A stretch of DNA of 63,948 bases, counting the filler, from Lama guanicoe (Eukaryota), in the NCBI GenBank assembly GCA_013239625.1. It is 80 parts of 79 records of this genome, joined end to end, with 100 filler letters (N's around TTAATTAATTAA, not from the genome) between each part and the next. Parts side by side here need not be neighbours in the genome. Positions count along the whole stretch, not along the records: positions 13,001 to 13,492 come from PNXV01023328.1; positions 13,593 to 14,731 come from MU056895.1; positions 14,832 to 15,324 come from MU056896.1; positions 15,425 to 16,330 come from MU056897.1; positions 16,431 to 16,893 come from PNXV01023338.1; positions 16,994 to 17,259 come from MU056899.1; positions 17,360 to 18,304 come from PNXV01023378.1; positions 18,405 to 19,605 come from MU056900.1; 72 more parts are not named here. One strand, 5' to 3'. The notes below the pieces were generated by a model. That model was given only the letters and a program-made list of their open reading frames with translations. It searched no databases and was not told the origin of the DNA. A program made the translations under genes and the position numbers. Numbering within the stretch: the stretch's first letter is position 1; every line of letters starts with the position of its first letter. This document shows, one piece after another, positions 12,901 through 24,847 of this stretch.

Positions 12901-13329
12901 NNNNNNNNNNNNNNNNNNNNNNNNNNNNNNNNNNNNNNNNNNNNTTAATTAATTAANNNNNNNNNNNNNNNNNNNNNNNNNNNNNNNNNNNNNNNNNNNN
13001 TATTGTCATCTGAATCTTCAACAAGCACTACAAATTCAGTATCTTCTCCTATCGTCATCTGTCTTTGTAGATTGCTTCATCACCTATCATTTTCAAAGCC
13101 GAAAATGTTGGCTTCAATGACCAGGCAGTCTGCCACTTTGAACTTTATATCCAATTAATGAATCCAACAGACTGTAAATTCCCTATTGGTACACAAATTT
13201 GGGTTTCATTATTACTTACCAAAATATTACTTTAGATTCATTCATTTTCCCTAGTATAATGCTTTCTCCAACTCCTCACTTACCTCACTTTAAAGTTGGC
13301 AGTATTTGCTTTCCAAAAGGTGGAAAAAA

Positions 13330-13492
13330 GAAGTATAACTGATATGCTAAGACAGGAGAATATAATCAAATCATTAATTGTTCAATTAAAAACACAAAAG
13401 GCAGAAAAAAAGTGGAAGACAAAAATAGTGACAAAAAACAAGAGAAACAAATAAAAAACAATAACAAATATGGCAACTATTAATCCCAACTA
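13330..13492 (+). mobile_element. Old L1M fragment (inter-ORF region / ORF2 start)
   Basis: AAGTATAACTGATATGCTAAGA...AAAAGGCAGAAAAAAAGTGGAAGACAAAAATAG...AAATATGGCAACTATTAATCCC resembles L1MC/MD. Confidence 0.55.
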
Positions 13493-13726
13493 NNNNNNNN
13501 NNNNNNNNNNNNNNNNNNNNNNNNNNNNNNNNNNNNTTAATTAATTAANNNNNNNNNNNNNNNNNNNNNNNNNNNNNNNNNNNNNNNNNNNNCATCACTC
13601 TAGTCTAAACCCTGTTACCTCTTGCCCAGATTGTTGCATTAAGCTCCTCTACACTCCACTCTTGTTACCTTCCAGTTTATTCCATACCCAGCAATCAAAA
13701 TAATTTTTAAAAACTATCATTTTATA

Positions 13727-13845
13727 CATTTGAGAAGTATTTATTGAACATCTACTATGCGGTTCTGGGCACTGGGGTTACAGTAGTTAAAAAAACAGTC
13801 AAAAACCTCTGCCCTCATAGTACTTATATACTAATGGGGGAGTTG
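13727..13845 (-). mobile_element. L2 3' end
   Basis: AAGTATTTATTGAACATCTACTATGCGGTTCTGGGCACTGGGGTTACAG..CTCTGCCCTCATAGTACTTATA is the canonical antisense L2 terminus. Confidence 0.75.
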
Positions 13846-14831
13846 GATAATAAATAAGGTAGAGAAGTAAAAGGTTTAAAAAAAAAGAAACTGATCAAAC
13901 TTTGGAAATTAAAAGTGGATTTTATTGGTATTTCAGGATGTTTTTTCTTTCATTTTGAAACATGCATGCTTCTCTCTGTTTCCAAATTTGTTCTCCTTTC
14001 TCCAAGAAACACAGTCATACATGCAGTCATTTATACTTATCTCCACTCCCCATTTTTTTTTCTTTAAGAGAAAGGAACATATTGAAGTTTGGCTTTTATT
14101 TTTACAAGTTTAATAAAAGAGTTTAAGATTTCACTTTGCTAAAAACAAAAAAAAATGTTAGTGATAGAAATCAGGCTTTGTTGCCTAAGTAGCAGAAATG
14201 CTAAAAACTCTATCAAATATAAGAGTTCTAAATAAACCTATGTCTAAATTAAAATGGTATTTCCAATGGTTAAAGAGGTACAGGGACATGAAGAGAGCTG
14301 AAGAGAAGAATCAGCTTGNNNNNNNNNNNNNNNNNNNNNNNNNNNNNNNNNNNNNNNNNNNNNNNNNNNNNNNNNNNNNNNNNNNNNNNNNNNNNNNNNN
14401 NNNNNNNNNNNNNNNNNNNNNNNNNNNNNNNNNNNNNNNNNNNNNNNNNNNNNNNNNNNNNNNNNNNNNNNNNNNNNNNNNNNNNNNNNNNNNNNNNNNN
14501 NNNNNNNNNNNNNNNNNNNNNNNNNNNNNNNNNNNNNNNNNNNNNNNNNNNNNNNNNNNNNNNNNNNNNNNNNNNNNNNNNNNNNNNNNNNNNNNNNNNN
14601 NNNNAACCTCCCCCAGTTCCCAGTGTGATGGGTGGCTCTCCTCATGGGCAGCAGCCCATACACCCAATCTAAACTGAAGAAGCCAGTTGACAAGCCTTTC
14701 ACACGCAGATGCAGCTTTTATTGCATTGCTTNNNNNNNNNNNNNNNNNNNNNNNNNNNNNNNNNNNNNNNNNNNNTTAATTAATTAANNNNNNNNNNNNN
14801 NNNNNNNNNNNNNNNNNNNNNNNNNNNNNNN

Positions 14832-15324
14832 AAATGCTCTGTTCTGAGAGATAAGTGTGTGTGAAAGCCGACCTTTTCTACCTTAAAGGGAGACAAAGTT
14901 TCTTTTCAGTTGCCAAATCCCCTCCATACATATATAAGGGGTGTTACAAGCTCCAACACGGTTTTACAGTGAAAACAGCAGGCACTTAAAATCGGCAGTA
15001 GGAAACAGACCTAGAAACCAGNNNNNNNNNNNNNNNNNNNNNNNTTGTGCTGGATGAACGAACGTCTCTCCACATGCTCAGTTCTGAGAGATAAGTGTGT
15101 GTGAAAGCCGTCCTTCATCTAGATTGAAGGGAACACAAAGTTTCTTTTCAGTTGCCATCACCCCTCCATACATATATATGGGGCGGTACAAGCTCCAAAT
15201 CCGATTTACAGTGAAAATGGCAGGCATTTCAACACGGCATTAGGAAACTGACTGAGAAAGCAGAGTAAGTGATTTCCCTGCAACCCGTTCCATTTGTGCT
15301 GGATGAACGAACGTTTCTCCACAT
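14832..15324. repeat. Satellite A (248-bp unit)
   Basis: Two monomers containing GTTCTGAGAGATAAGTGTGTGTGAAAGCCG and CAAAGTTTCTTTTCAGTTGCC. Confidence 0.96.
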
Positions 15325-17020
15325 NNNNNNNNNNNNNNNNNNNNNNNNNNNNNNNNNNNNNNNNNNNNTTAATTAATTAANNNNNNNNNNNNNNNNNNNN
15401 NNNNNNNNNNNNNNNNNNNNNNNNATATATATATATATCCTGTATTTCTTTACAACAAATCTTTGATCCTTATCTCTCAGTTGTCCTCCAGAAAGTTTGT
15501 ATTACTTTACATTCCCACTTGCAGAATTATGAAATGACCATTTTTCTCAAGGCAGAAACTTTAAAAAAAAATTTATGCAGTTTGGTTCTTAACATATGAA
15601 TGGATGGACTGAAAAGTAAAGTGGAAAGTGATTACTGAAAAGTAAAGTGGAAAGTGATTACTGGTTAGTCGCTCTCATGCAGAGATAAGATTAGTTCAAA
15701 GGTGTATGCTGAAAACATGGATTACTCTTTATTTTTTAATTACTTACTATGGATCCTGCCTTATACCAAAAGGGATTTAAAAATGATTTACTAAATAAAT
15801 AATATTCAACAAGGTAAGTTCAAAGTGTTGCAAAAGAAGAAACATAGTGTAGGGCATCAGGGAGTAGACTCCCCAGCCTCGCCTTGGATTATGCTAATTA
15901 NNNNNNNNNNNNNNNNNNNNNNNNNNNNNNNNNNNNNNNNNNNNNNNNNNNNNNNNNNNNNNNNNNNNNNNNNNNNNNNNNNNNNNNNNNNNNNNNNNNN
16001 NNNNNNNNNNNNNNNNNNNNNNNNNNNNNNNNNNNNNNNNNNNNNNNNNNNNNNNNNNNNNNNNNNNNNNNNNNNNNNNNNNNNNNNNNNNNNNNNNNNN
16101 NNNNNNNNNNNNNNNNNNNNNNNNNNNNNNNNNNNNNNNNNNNNNNNNNNNNNNNNNNNNNNNNNNNNNNNNNNNNNNNNNNNNNNNNNNNNNNNNNNNN
16201 NNNNNNNNNNNNNNNNNNNNNNNNNNNNNNNGTGAAGAGAGTAAAATGTGAGACTTAGAAATGAAATAAAAATTGAGAACCTAGAAATTCCATTAGGGTA
16301 ATAAATGAGCATGTGAAGAATCACATCATANNNNNNNNNNNNNNNNNNNNNNNNNNNNNNNNNNNNNNNNNNNNTTAATTAATTAANNNNNNNNNNNNNN
16401 NNNNNNNNNNNNNNNNNNNNNNNNNNNNNNGGTTGCTTTAAAAGCAGACATGTAGACTCCTGCAGCTGCAGACCTACAGAAGTTTTGTTGATGGTCGTGG
16501 AGAGGACTTTGTAGGCCTTAGCATTGTCTTAAGACTTGTTTTCCCTTGGGGACCTGATTTGCCTTTGCAGATTAATGTTGAAGATTTGGGCTTCTGGCAA
16601 AGCTGTTTTCAGAAATGACTATATACGTAACATATAGTATAAAATAAAATGCTTTTATTTAATGTGTGGGACTTTGCAGCTGTTGGAGCAGTTCTGTTGG
16701 CCTGGTCCCCACGGAGGACACTAGGGGTCAGCAGAGCGTGCGGGAGGGCAGGCAGCCAGCCCTGCTTCTGAACTAGGGGTCAGCAGAGCGTGCGGGAGGG
16801 CAGGCAGCCAGCCCTGCTTCTGCGGGGTTTCTCCCCAGCAGGGTGCTCTGCAGAGCTAACTCTTCTCTGAGTTTGGTTGCCAGATGAGCAGACNNNNNNN
16901 NNNNNNNNNNNNNNNNNNNNNNNNNNNNNNNNNNNNNTTAATTAATTAANNNNNNNNNNNNNNNNNNNNNNNNNNNNNNNNNNNNNNNNNNNNTTTTAAT
17001 TTCTGTGAATATATCTTTGT

Positions 17021-17128
17021 GTAGTGAGGAGCAAAGCAAGAGGATTGAGTCCTGGGTCTACCGGCAACTCACCAGGTGCCTTCAGCAAGTTACTCCTCTT
17101 GGCCTCAGTTTTCCCCTCTGTGAAATGG
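17021..17128 (+). mobile_element. MIR fragment
   Basis: CAAGTTACTCCTCTTGGCCTCAGTTTTCCCCTCTGTGAAATGG MIR core. Confidence 0.7.
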
Positions 17129-19705
17129 ATTTACATCATATGACTCAGAGATTGCTAATCTCTCTTCTCCAGCCAGGTTATTAGAGTTGGGGTGAACTTG
17201 TTCATCAAGGAGAGTTGCTGCCCCAGGACTCTGGTTTGGGGGAGACAGCTTTTGCAGTCNNNNNNNNNNNNNNNNNNNNNNNNNNNNNNNNNNNNNNNNN
17301 NNNTTAATTAATTAANNNNNNNNNNNNNNNNNNNNNNNNNNNNNNNNNNNNNNNNNNNNATTTCAAGAATAGACGTGGATATTTAAGAGATTTTAGTTAT
17401 ATTATAAAACTGACAGTTAAGATCAGTGGATTCAAGTACTGGTGTAATTAGCTAAATCATTAGAAGGCCTGGTACATTGTCCTCACTTTTGACATTAAAA
17501 TAAGTTCCAGATAATTTTTTAATTAAAAAATAAAACACTAGAAATAACCCAACATGATTTAATCTGTTCAGATATTCAAGCGAGAAGAACTTTCTAAAAA
17601 GCTTTTGGAACAAAGACCAACAAGAGCAAAGGCCTAGCAACTAAGCAAGACCAGAAACGCCCCCTGTAAAACAAAACTGACCCTCGCCCAACCCTCTCTC
17701 AAGCCCTGTATTGCTCTCTGATACTTTCTATACTTTCTTCTTCCATTTAAAGTCCAGTTTCTTGGAGAAGTGCCTGCGCTGATGACTCCTCCAGGGCTCA
17801 GAGCCCTTCAGCCCCCATGGCCCTCACCGCGGCACTGAGACAGGAGTTGCACTGCCGGTGGCTGCGTGTTTCAAACCAGCGGGGATTTTCAGCTCCTGTT
17901 TATTTGATTACCAGGTAGCTTTTGCCGTGGACAAATATTTTCCTCTCAGTGGAATGTTTTCCCCCCTTAATTTTTGTTTTACTTAAATTAATTTTAAAAG
18001 CCCAGGCAGAAAATTTGTGTGCACATATGCAGACACACAGACACACACAGATCTGTTTTTTAAAGGCTACCTAAGTATAGTCCTCCTCCGCCTTTTCCTC
18101 AGTTTAGACAATTAAAGGTGGGCTTTAGCCCTTGCTTTTTTGCCCCACACATCCCCCTTTCTCACTATGCTCCTTTTAGTATTGTTCAAATCCCTCTTAA
18201 GCCAGTTTACAGCCTTCTCTGTGTTGCCTCAAATAGTTTTCTCTCAACTGCTCTACTATTCTTCTTTCTCTTGGTGGACCTCTCTTCTCCCATTTGCCAT
18301 GTACNNNNNNNNNNNNNNNNNNNNNNNNNNNNNNNNNNNNNNNNNNNNTTAATTAATTAANNNNNNNNNNNNNNNNNNNNNNNNNNNNNNNNNNNNNNNN
18401 NNNNGAAGGAGATCTGAAGAGATTTATTCAAGGAGATGAAATTTGTAGACAATCTATTGGAAAGTATTGTGAAAGTTTTTCGTTAAGAGAAGGTCTGAGG
18501 TTGAATTGTTAAGTGCACAGAAATCTAATCTATGAACCACCAAGACAATTATTAACTCCAGGAAAACGAAGTTTGGAAGAAAAGGTAAGACTAGCGCAAA
18601 ATGCTACAGCTTTGAATAGTCTGTACAGAGTAATAATAATGTAACGCAAGGATACTGAGCTGATGAAAATTATAATGTAATTGTATCAAAAGGTTGGAAG
18701 AATTAAGGTTTGGGTGTGTAGATGAGATGGGGTTTGNNNNNNNNNNNNNNNNNNNNNNNNNNNNNNNNNNNNNNNNNNNNNNNNNNNNNNNNNNNNNNNN
18801 NNNNNNNNNNNNNNNNNNNNNNNNNNNNNNNNNNNNNNNNNNNNNNNNNNNNNNNNNNNNNNNNNNNNNNNNNNNNNNNNNNNNNNNNNNNNNNNNNNNN
18901 NNNNNNNNNNNNNNNNNNNNNNNNNNNNNNNNNNNNNNNNNNNNNNNNNNNNNNNNNNNNNNNNNNNNNNNNNNNNNNNNNNNNNNNNNNNNNNNNNNNN
19001 NNNNNNNNNNNNNNNNNNNNNNNNNNNNNNNNNNNNNNNNNNNNNNNNNNNNNNNNNNNNNNNNNNNNNNNNNNNNNNNNNNNNNNNNNNNNNNNNNNNN
19101 NNNNNNNNNNNNNNNNNNNNNNNNNNNNNNNNNNNNNNNNNNNNNNNNNNNNNNNNNNNNNNNNNNNNNNNNNNNNNNNNNNNNNNNNNNNNNNNNNNNN
19201 NNNNNNNNNNNNNNNNNNNNNNNNNNNNNNNNNNNNNNNNNNNNNNNNNNNNNNNNNNNNNNNNNNNNNNNNNNNNNNNNNNNNNNNNNNNNNNNNNNNN
19301 NNNNNNNNNNNNNNNNNNNNNNNNNNNNNNNNNNNNNNNNNNNNNNNNNNNNNNNNNNNNACATCTCAAACCCATTGCCAGGGTTTTCTCTGCCAGACAC
19401 CATCCTGAGCCTGCCACCCGTGAGCCAGGCCACAAAGCCCAGTCACATGAGAATGAACACACTTTGTCGCTCCTATCTGATTTGGCATCGGGCCCAGCCC
19501 TTTTCCCCATGGAATGGTCCACGCCCATGTCTCTGACTATGGAGCTGGTCTCACAACAGCCCTGTGAGCGCTGGTCCAGCCCAAGGGGTTCCTGCGTGAA
19601 GTTTTNNNNNNNNNNNNNNNNNNNNNNNNNNNNNNNNNNNNNNNNNNNNTTAATTAATTAANNNNNNNNNNNNNNNNNNNNNNNNNNNNNNNNNNNNNNN
19701 NNNNN

Positions 19706-20390
19706 TGCATTCCATGTTCTAATGTCTGGGTTCTGTATTCTGTTTTCCATATTAAATATTCTGTTTCTAAATTCTATATTCTGTATTCTATATTCTGCAT
19801 TCCTTATTGTATATTCTATATTCTGTGTTCTACATTCTATATTCTAAATTCTATATTCAGTATTCTATATTCTTTATACTAAATGCTATATTCAGTATTA
19901 TGCATTGTATGTTCTAAATTCTGTGTTTTGCATTCCATGTTCTAAATTCTGGCTTCTATATTCTCTATTCTATATTCTAAATTTTTTGTTATGCTTTCTA
20001 TATTCTACATTAAATATACTGCATTGAATATTCTATCTGTTTTATACAGTCTATATTCTATATTCTAAATTCTATATTCAGTATTCTGTATTCTATATTC
20101 CAAATTCTGTGTTCTGCATTCCATGTTCTCAATTCTGGGTTCTATATACCCTATTCTATATTCAATTTCAGAGTTCTTCATTGTATATTCTACATTCTAT
20201 ATTCTGCATTCCGTATTCTATATCCTATATACTGTGTTCTACATTCTATATTCTAAATTGTATTTTCAGTACTCTGTACTCTATATTCTAAATTCTGTGT
20301 TTTGCATTCCATTTCCTAAATTCTGGGTTCTATATTCTCTTTTCTCTATTCTCTAACGTGTGTTTTCAGTTCTATATTCTACATAATATA
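19706..20390. repeat. Satellite C (7-bp unit)
   Basis: ATTCTAT/ATTCTAA/ATTCTGT/GTTCTGC/ATTCCAT heptamer array. Confidence 0.96.
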
Positions 20391-20490
20391 NNNNNNNNNN
20401 NNNNNNNNNNNNNNNNNNNNNNNNNNNNNNNNNNTTAATTAATTAANNNNNNNNNNNNNNNNNNNNNNNNNNNNNNNNNNNNNNNNNNNN

Positions 20491-21143
20491 AAAAAGAACA
20501 GGAGAAATCCCCTGAAAGAACGATCAGAAAAATAGATATTGATAGCCATCTAGATCAAGATTTCAAAAGAGGATTGATCAAATTACTGAAGGAAATAAAA
20601 GATAGTGTTTAGAGATATAAAATGTGATAAAAATGAAATGGAAGCTATAAAGAAGATCCGAGTAGAATAGGTAAAACCGTTGAATGAGATGAGAAATGAT
20701 CTAAAGGTGTCACAAACCTGGCTACGTAACGCAGAGGAATGAATTAGTGACCTAGAAGACAGGACAATAGACAGCACCCAATCAGAAGAGTTACAAGAGA
20801 AACAATGAGAACAAAAGAAAAAAGCATAAGAGACATATGAGATAACAGAAAGCATTCCAAATTTTGCAGGATAGAATTCCCAGAAGGGGAGGAATGATCA
20901 AAGGCGATTGCAAAGGTTTTTGTAGAAATCATGACTGAGAACTTCCCAAACTTAAAGAAGGAATCAGATATCCAAGTACAGGAAGCTCAGAGTGTCCCAA
21001 ACAGGAAGAATCCAAATAAACCCACACCTAGACATAATTAAGACGACCAGAGTCAAGGAAAAAGAAATGATCCTAAAGGCAGCAAGAGATTAGCAGAGTG
21101 AGTTACAAGGGAATTACAATAGGCTCACAGCTGATTTCACAAC
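20491..21143 (+). mobile_element. LINE-1 ORF1 fragment (disabled)
   Basis: KEQEKSPE..DQDFKRGLIKLLKEIK, ENFPNLKKESDIQVQEAQSVPNRKNPNKPTPRH and IRLTADF are ORF1p motifs; contains stops. Confidence 0.93.
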
Positions 21144-21243
21144 NNNNNNNNNNNNNNNNNNNNNNNNNNNNNNNNNNNNNNNNNNNNTTAATTAATTAAN
21201 NNNNNNNNNNNNNNNNNNNNNNNNNNNNNNNNNNNNNNNNNNN

Positions 21244-22095
21244 TCTGTATTCTATATTCAATATTCGGAGTTAATCATTCTGTATGATACATAATATATT
21301 ATGTATTCTGTATCCACTATTCTAAATTCGGTGTTCTGAATAGCATATCTGAATTCTGTGTATGGTAATCTGTATTCTACATTCAAATTCTGAGTTCTAC
21401 ATTCCCTATTCTACATTCTCTATTCCGTATTCTATATTCTATATTCTGCATTCTACATTCTATTTTCCACATTCTATTTCTGCTTTCTATATACTCTATT
21501 CTGTTTTCTGAATTCCATGATTATATTATGGGTTCTATATATTCTATATTCTATATTCTGTGTTCTGCATTGCATATTCAAAATTCTGGGTTCTGTGTTC
21601 AGTATTCTATATTCTAAATTCTGTGTTCTAATTTCTATATTCTACATTTTATATACTGTAACCTGTATTCTAAATTCTGTGTTATGAATTCCATGTTCTA
21701 AATTCTGGGTTCTGTATTCTGTATTATATATTCTATATTCTGTGCTCTACATTCAATATTCTACATTCTATATTCTGTCTACTGTATTCTATATTCTAAA
21801 ATCTGTGTTCTGAATTCCATGTTCTAAATGCTGGGTTCTGCATCCTGTATTCTGCATTCTATATTTGTTATTATGTGTTCTGCATTCCATGTTCTAAATT
21901 CTGGGTTCTCTATTCTGGTTTCTATATTCTATATTATGTTATCTACATTCTAAATTCTGTATTCTGTACTCTATATTCTATATTCTGTGTTCTACATTCT
22001 GTACACTACATTTTATATGCTGAATTCTGTATTCTGCATTCGAAACTCTGTGTTCTACATTCTGAACTCTACATTCTATATTCTGTATTCTGTAC
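21244..22095. repeat. Satellite C (7-bp unit)
   Basis: Heptamer array as above. Confidence 0.96.
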
Positions 22096-22195
22096 NNNNN
22101 NNNNNNNNNNNNNNNNNNNNNNNNNNNNNNNNNNNNNNNTTAATTAATTAANNNNNNNNNNNNNNNNNNNNNNNNNNNNNNNNNNNNNNNNNNNN

Positions 22196-23685
22196 AGACT
22201 GTTTCCTGGTGCCGGTTTGAAGTGCCTGTCGTTTTCACTCTAATACCGAGTTGGATCTTGTAACTCCCCATATATATGTATTGAGTGGGGTTTGTAACTG
22301 AAAGGAATTTTGTGTTCCCTTTAATTTGGTGAAGGACGGCTTTCACACACACTTATCTCTCAGAAGTGAGCATGTGGAGAGACGTTCGTTCATCCAGCTC
22401 AAAAGGAACGGGTTGCAGGAGAAACCCTTACTCTGTTCTCTCAGTGTGATCCCAAGTGCCGGTTTGAAGTGCCTGCCGTTTTCACTGTAAAACCGATTTG
22501 GAGCTTTTACCTCCCCATATATATGAATGGAGTGGAGTTTGCAACTGAAAAGAAACTTTGTGTTCCCTTCAAGGTAGGTGAAGGACGGCTTTCACACACA
22601 CTTATCTTTCAGAACTGAGCATGTGGAGAGACGTTCGTTCACCAGCAGAAAGGGAACGGGTTGCAGGAGAAACCCTTACTCTGTTCTCTCAGTGTGATCC
22701 CAAGTGCCGGTTTGAAGTGCCTGCCGTTTTCACTGTAAAACCGATTTGGAGCTTTTACCTCCCCATATATATGAATGGAGTGGAGTTTGCAACTGAAAAG
22801 AAACTTTGTGTTCCCTTCAAGNNNNNNNNNNNNNNNNNNNNNNNNNNNNNNNNNNNNNNNNNNNNNNNNNNNNNNNNNNNNNNNNNNNNNNNNNNNNNNN
22901 NNNNNNNNNNNNNNNNNNNNNNNNNNNNNNNNNNNNNNNNNNNNNNNNNNNNNNNNNNNNNNNNNNNNNNNNNNNNNNNNNNNNNNNNNNNNNNNNNNNN
23001 NNNNNNNNNNNNNNNNNNNNNNNNNNNNNNNNNNNNNNNNNNNNNNNNNNNNNNNNNNNNNNNNNNNNNNNNNNNNNNNNNNNNNNNNNNNNNNNNNNNN
23101 NNNNNNNNNNNNNNNNNNNNNNNNNNNNNNNNNNNNNNNNNNNNNNNNNNNNNNNNNNNNNNNNNNNNNNNNNNNNNNNNNNNNNNNNNNNNNNNNNNNN
23201 NNNNNNNNNNNNNNNNNNNNNNNNNNNNNNNNNNNNNNNNNNNNNNNNNNNNNNNNNNNNNNNNNNNNNNNNNNNNNNNNNNNNNNNNNNNNNNNNNNNN
23301 NNNNNNNNNNNNNNNNNNNNNNNNNNNNNNNNNNNNNNNNNNNNNNNNNNNNNNNNNNNNNNNNNNNNNNNNNNNNNNNNNNNNNNNNNNNNNNNNNNNN
23401 NNNNNNNNNNNNNNNNNNNNNNNNNNNNNNNNNNNNNNNNNNNNNNNNNNNNNNNNNNNNNNNNNNNNNNNNNNNNNNNNNNNNNNNNNNNNNNNNNNNN
23501 NNNNNNNNNNNNNNNNNNNNNNNNNNNNNNNNNNNNNNNNNNNNNNNNNNNNNNNNNNNNNNNNNNNNNNNNNNNNNNNNNNNNNNNNNNNNNNNNNNNN
23601 NNNNNNNNNNNNNNNNAGACGTTCGTTCATCCAGCTCAAAGGGAAAGGGTTGCATTAGAAACCCTTACTCTGGTTTCTCAGTCTG
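22196..23685. repeat. Satellite A (248-bp unit), array spanning an N gap
   Basis: GCCGGTTTGAAGTGCCTG recurs at 22211, 22458 and 22706 (period 247-248). Confidence 0.97.
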
Positions 23686-23785
23686 NNNNNNNNNNNNNNN
23701 NNNNNNNNNNNNNNNNNNNNNNNNNNNNNTTAATTAATTAANNNNNNNNNNNNNNNNNNNNNNNNNNNNNNNNNNNNNNNNNNNN

Positions 23786-24172
23786 CCCTAGCATTCCCTA
23801 GCACAGAGACATTAGGAAAACACTCAGGGGAGACAAGCTAAGGCATACCATTAGAACCCAAGCGCTGCCGCCCATTGTTGGAACCTCCCAACGCTCAGGA
23901 TTCCGCAACCATTGTCAGTGCGTGGTGGAGCTCGAGAGACAACTCCACGCAGCTCTCTTCAGNNNNNNNNNNNNNNNNNNNNNNNNNNNNNNNNNNNNNN
24001 NNNNNNNNNNNNNNNNNNNNNNNNNNNNNNNNNNNNNNNNNNNNNNACCCCTAGCATGGCATAGAGACATTAGGAAAACCCTCAGGGGAGACGAGCTTAG
24101 GCATTCCGTTAGAACCCACGCGCTGCCGACCGTTGGTGGAACCTCCCCACGCTCAGGATTCCGGAACGGAAC
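23786..24172. repeat. Satellite B, opposite orientation to 3817
   Basis: GGCATTCCGTTAGAACCCACGCGCTGCCGACCGTTGGTGGAACCTCCCCACGCTCAGGATTCC is the reverse complement of the B motif. Confidence 0.95.
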
Positions 24173-24272
24173 NNNNNNNNNNNNNNNNNNNNNNNNNNNN
24201 NNNNNNNNNNNNNNNNTTAATTAATTAANNNNNNNNNNNNNNNNNNNNNNNNNNNNNNNNNNNNNNNNNNNN

Positions 24273-24747
24273 TTGGTGGAACCTCCCCACGCTCAGGATT
24301 CCGGAAACATTGTCAGTGCGTGGGGAGCTCGAGAGACAACTCCACGCAGCTCTATTCAGTTACAGGAGTTCCCTGTTCGCGGAAGTCCGAGAAATAACTT
24401 CCCTGACCTTGTGGAGGCAGCCTCTGCCTCTGGGACTTCCTGCAAACCCCCCTAGCATTCCCTGGCACAGAGACATTAGGAAAACCCTCAGGGGAGACGA
24501 GCTTAGGCATTCCGTTAGAACCCACGTGCTGCCGACCGTTGCTGCAACCTCCACACGCTCAGGATTCCGGAACCATTGTCAGTGCGTGGGGATTTCGAGA
24601 GAAAACTCCACGCAGCTCTCTTCAGTCACAGGTGTTCCCTGTTCGGGGAAATCGGAGAAATAACTTCCCTGACCTTGGGGAATCAGCCTCTGTCACTAGG
24701 GCTTCCTGCAAAACCCCTAGCATTCCCTGGCACAGAGACATTAGGAA
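24273..24747. repeat. Satellite B, opposite orientation to 3817
   Basis: GCTCAGGATTCCGG recurs at 24291 and 24557 (period about 266). Confidence 0.96.
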
Positions 24748-24847
24748 NNNNNNNNNNNNNNNNNNNNNNNNNNNNNNNNNNNNNNNNNNNNTTAATTAAT
24801 TAANNNNNNNNNNNNNNNNNNNNNNNNNNNNNNNNNNNNNNNNNNNN

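Noticed and set aside
22381..22415. Possible CENP-B box in satellite A (TTCG...CGGG) or B (TTCCGTTAGAAC)
   Set aside because: The spacing and core do not fit TTCGNNNNANNCGGG.
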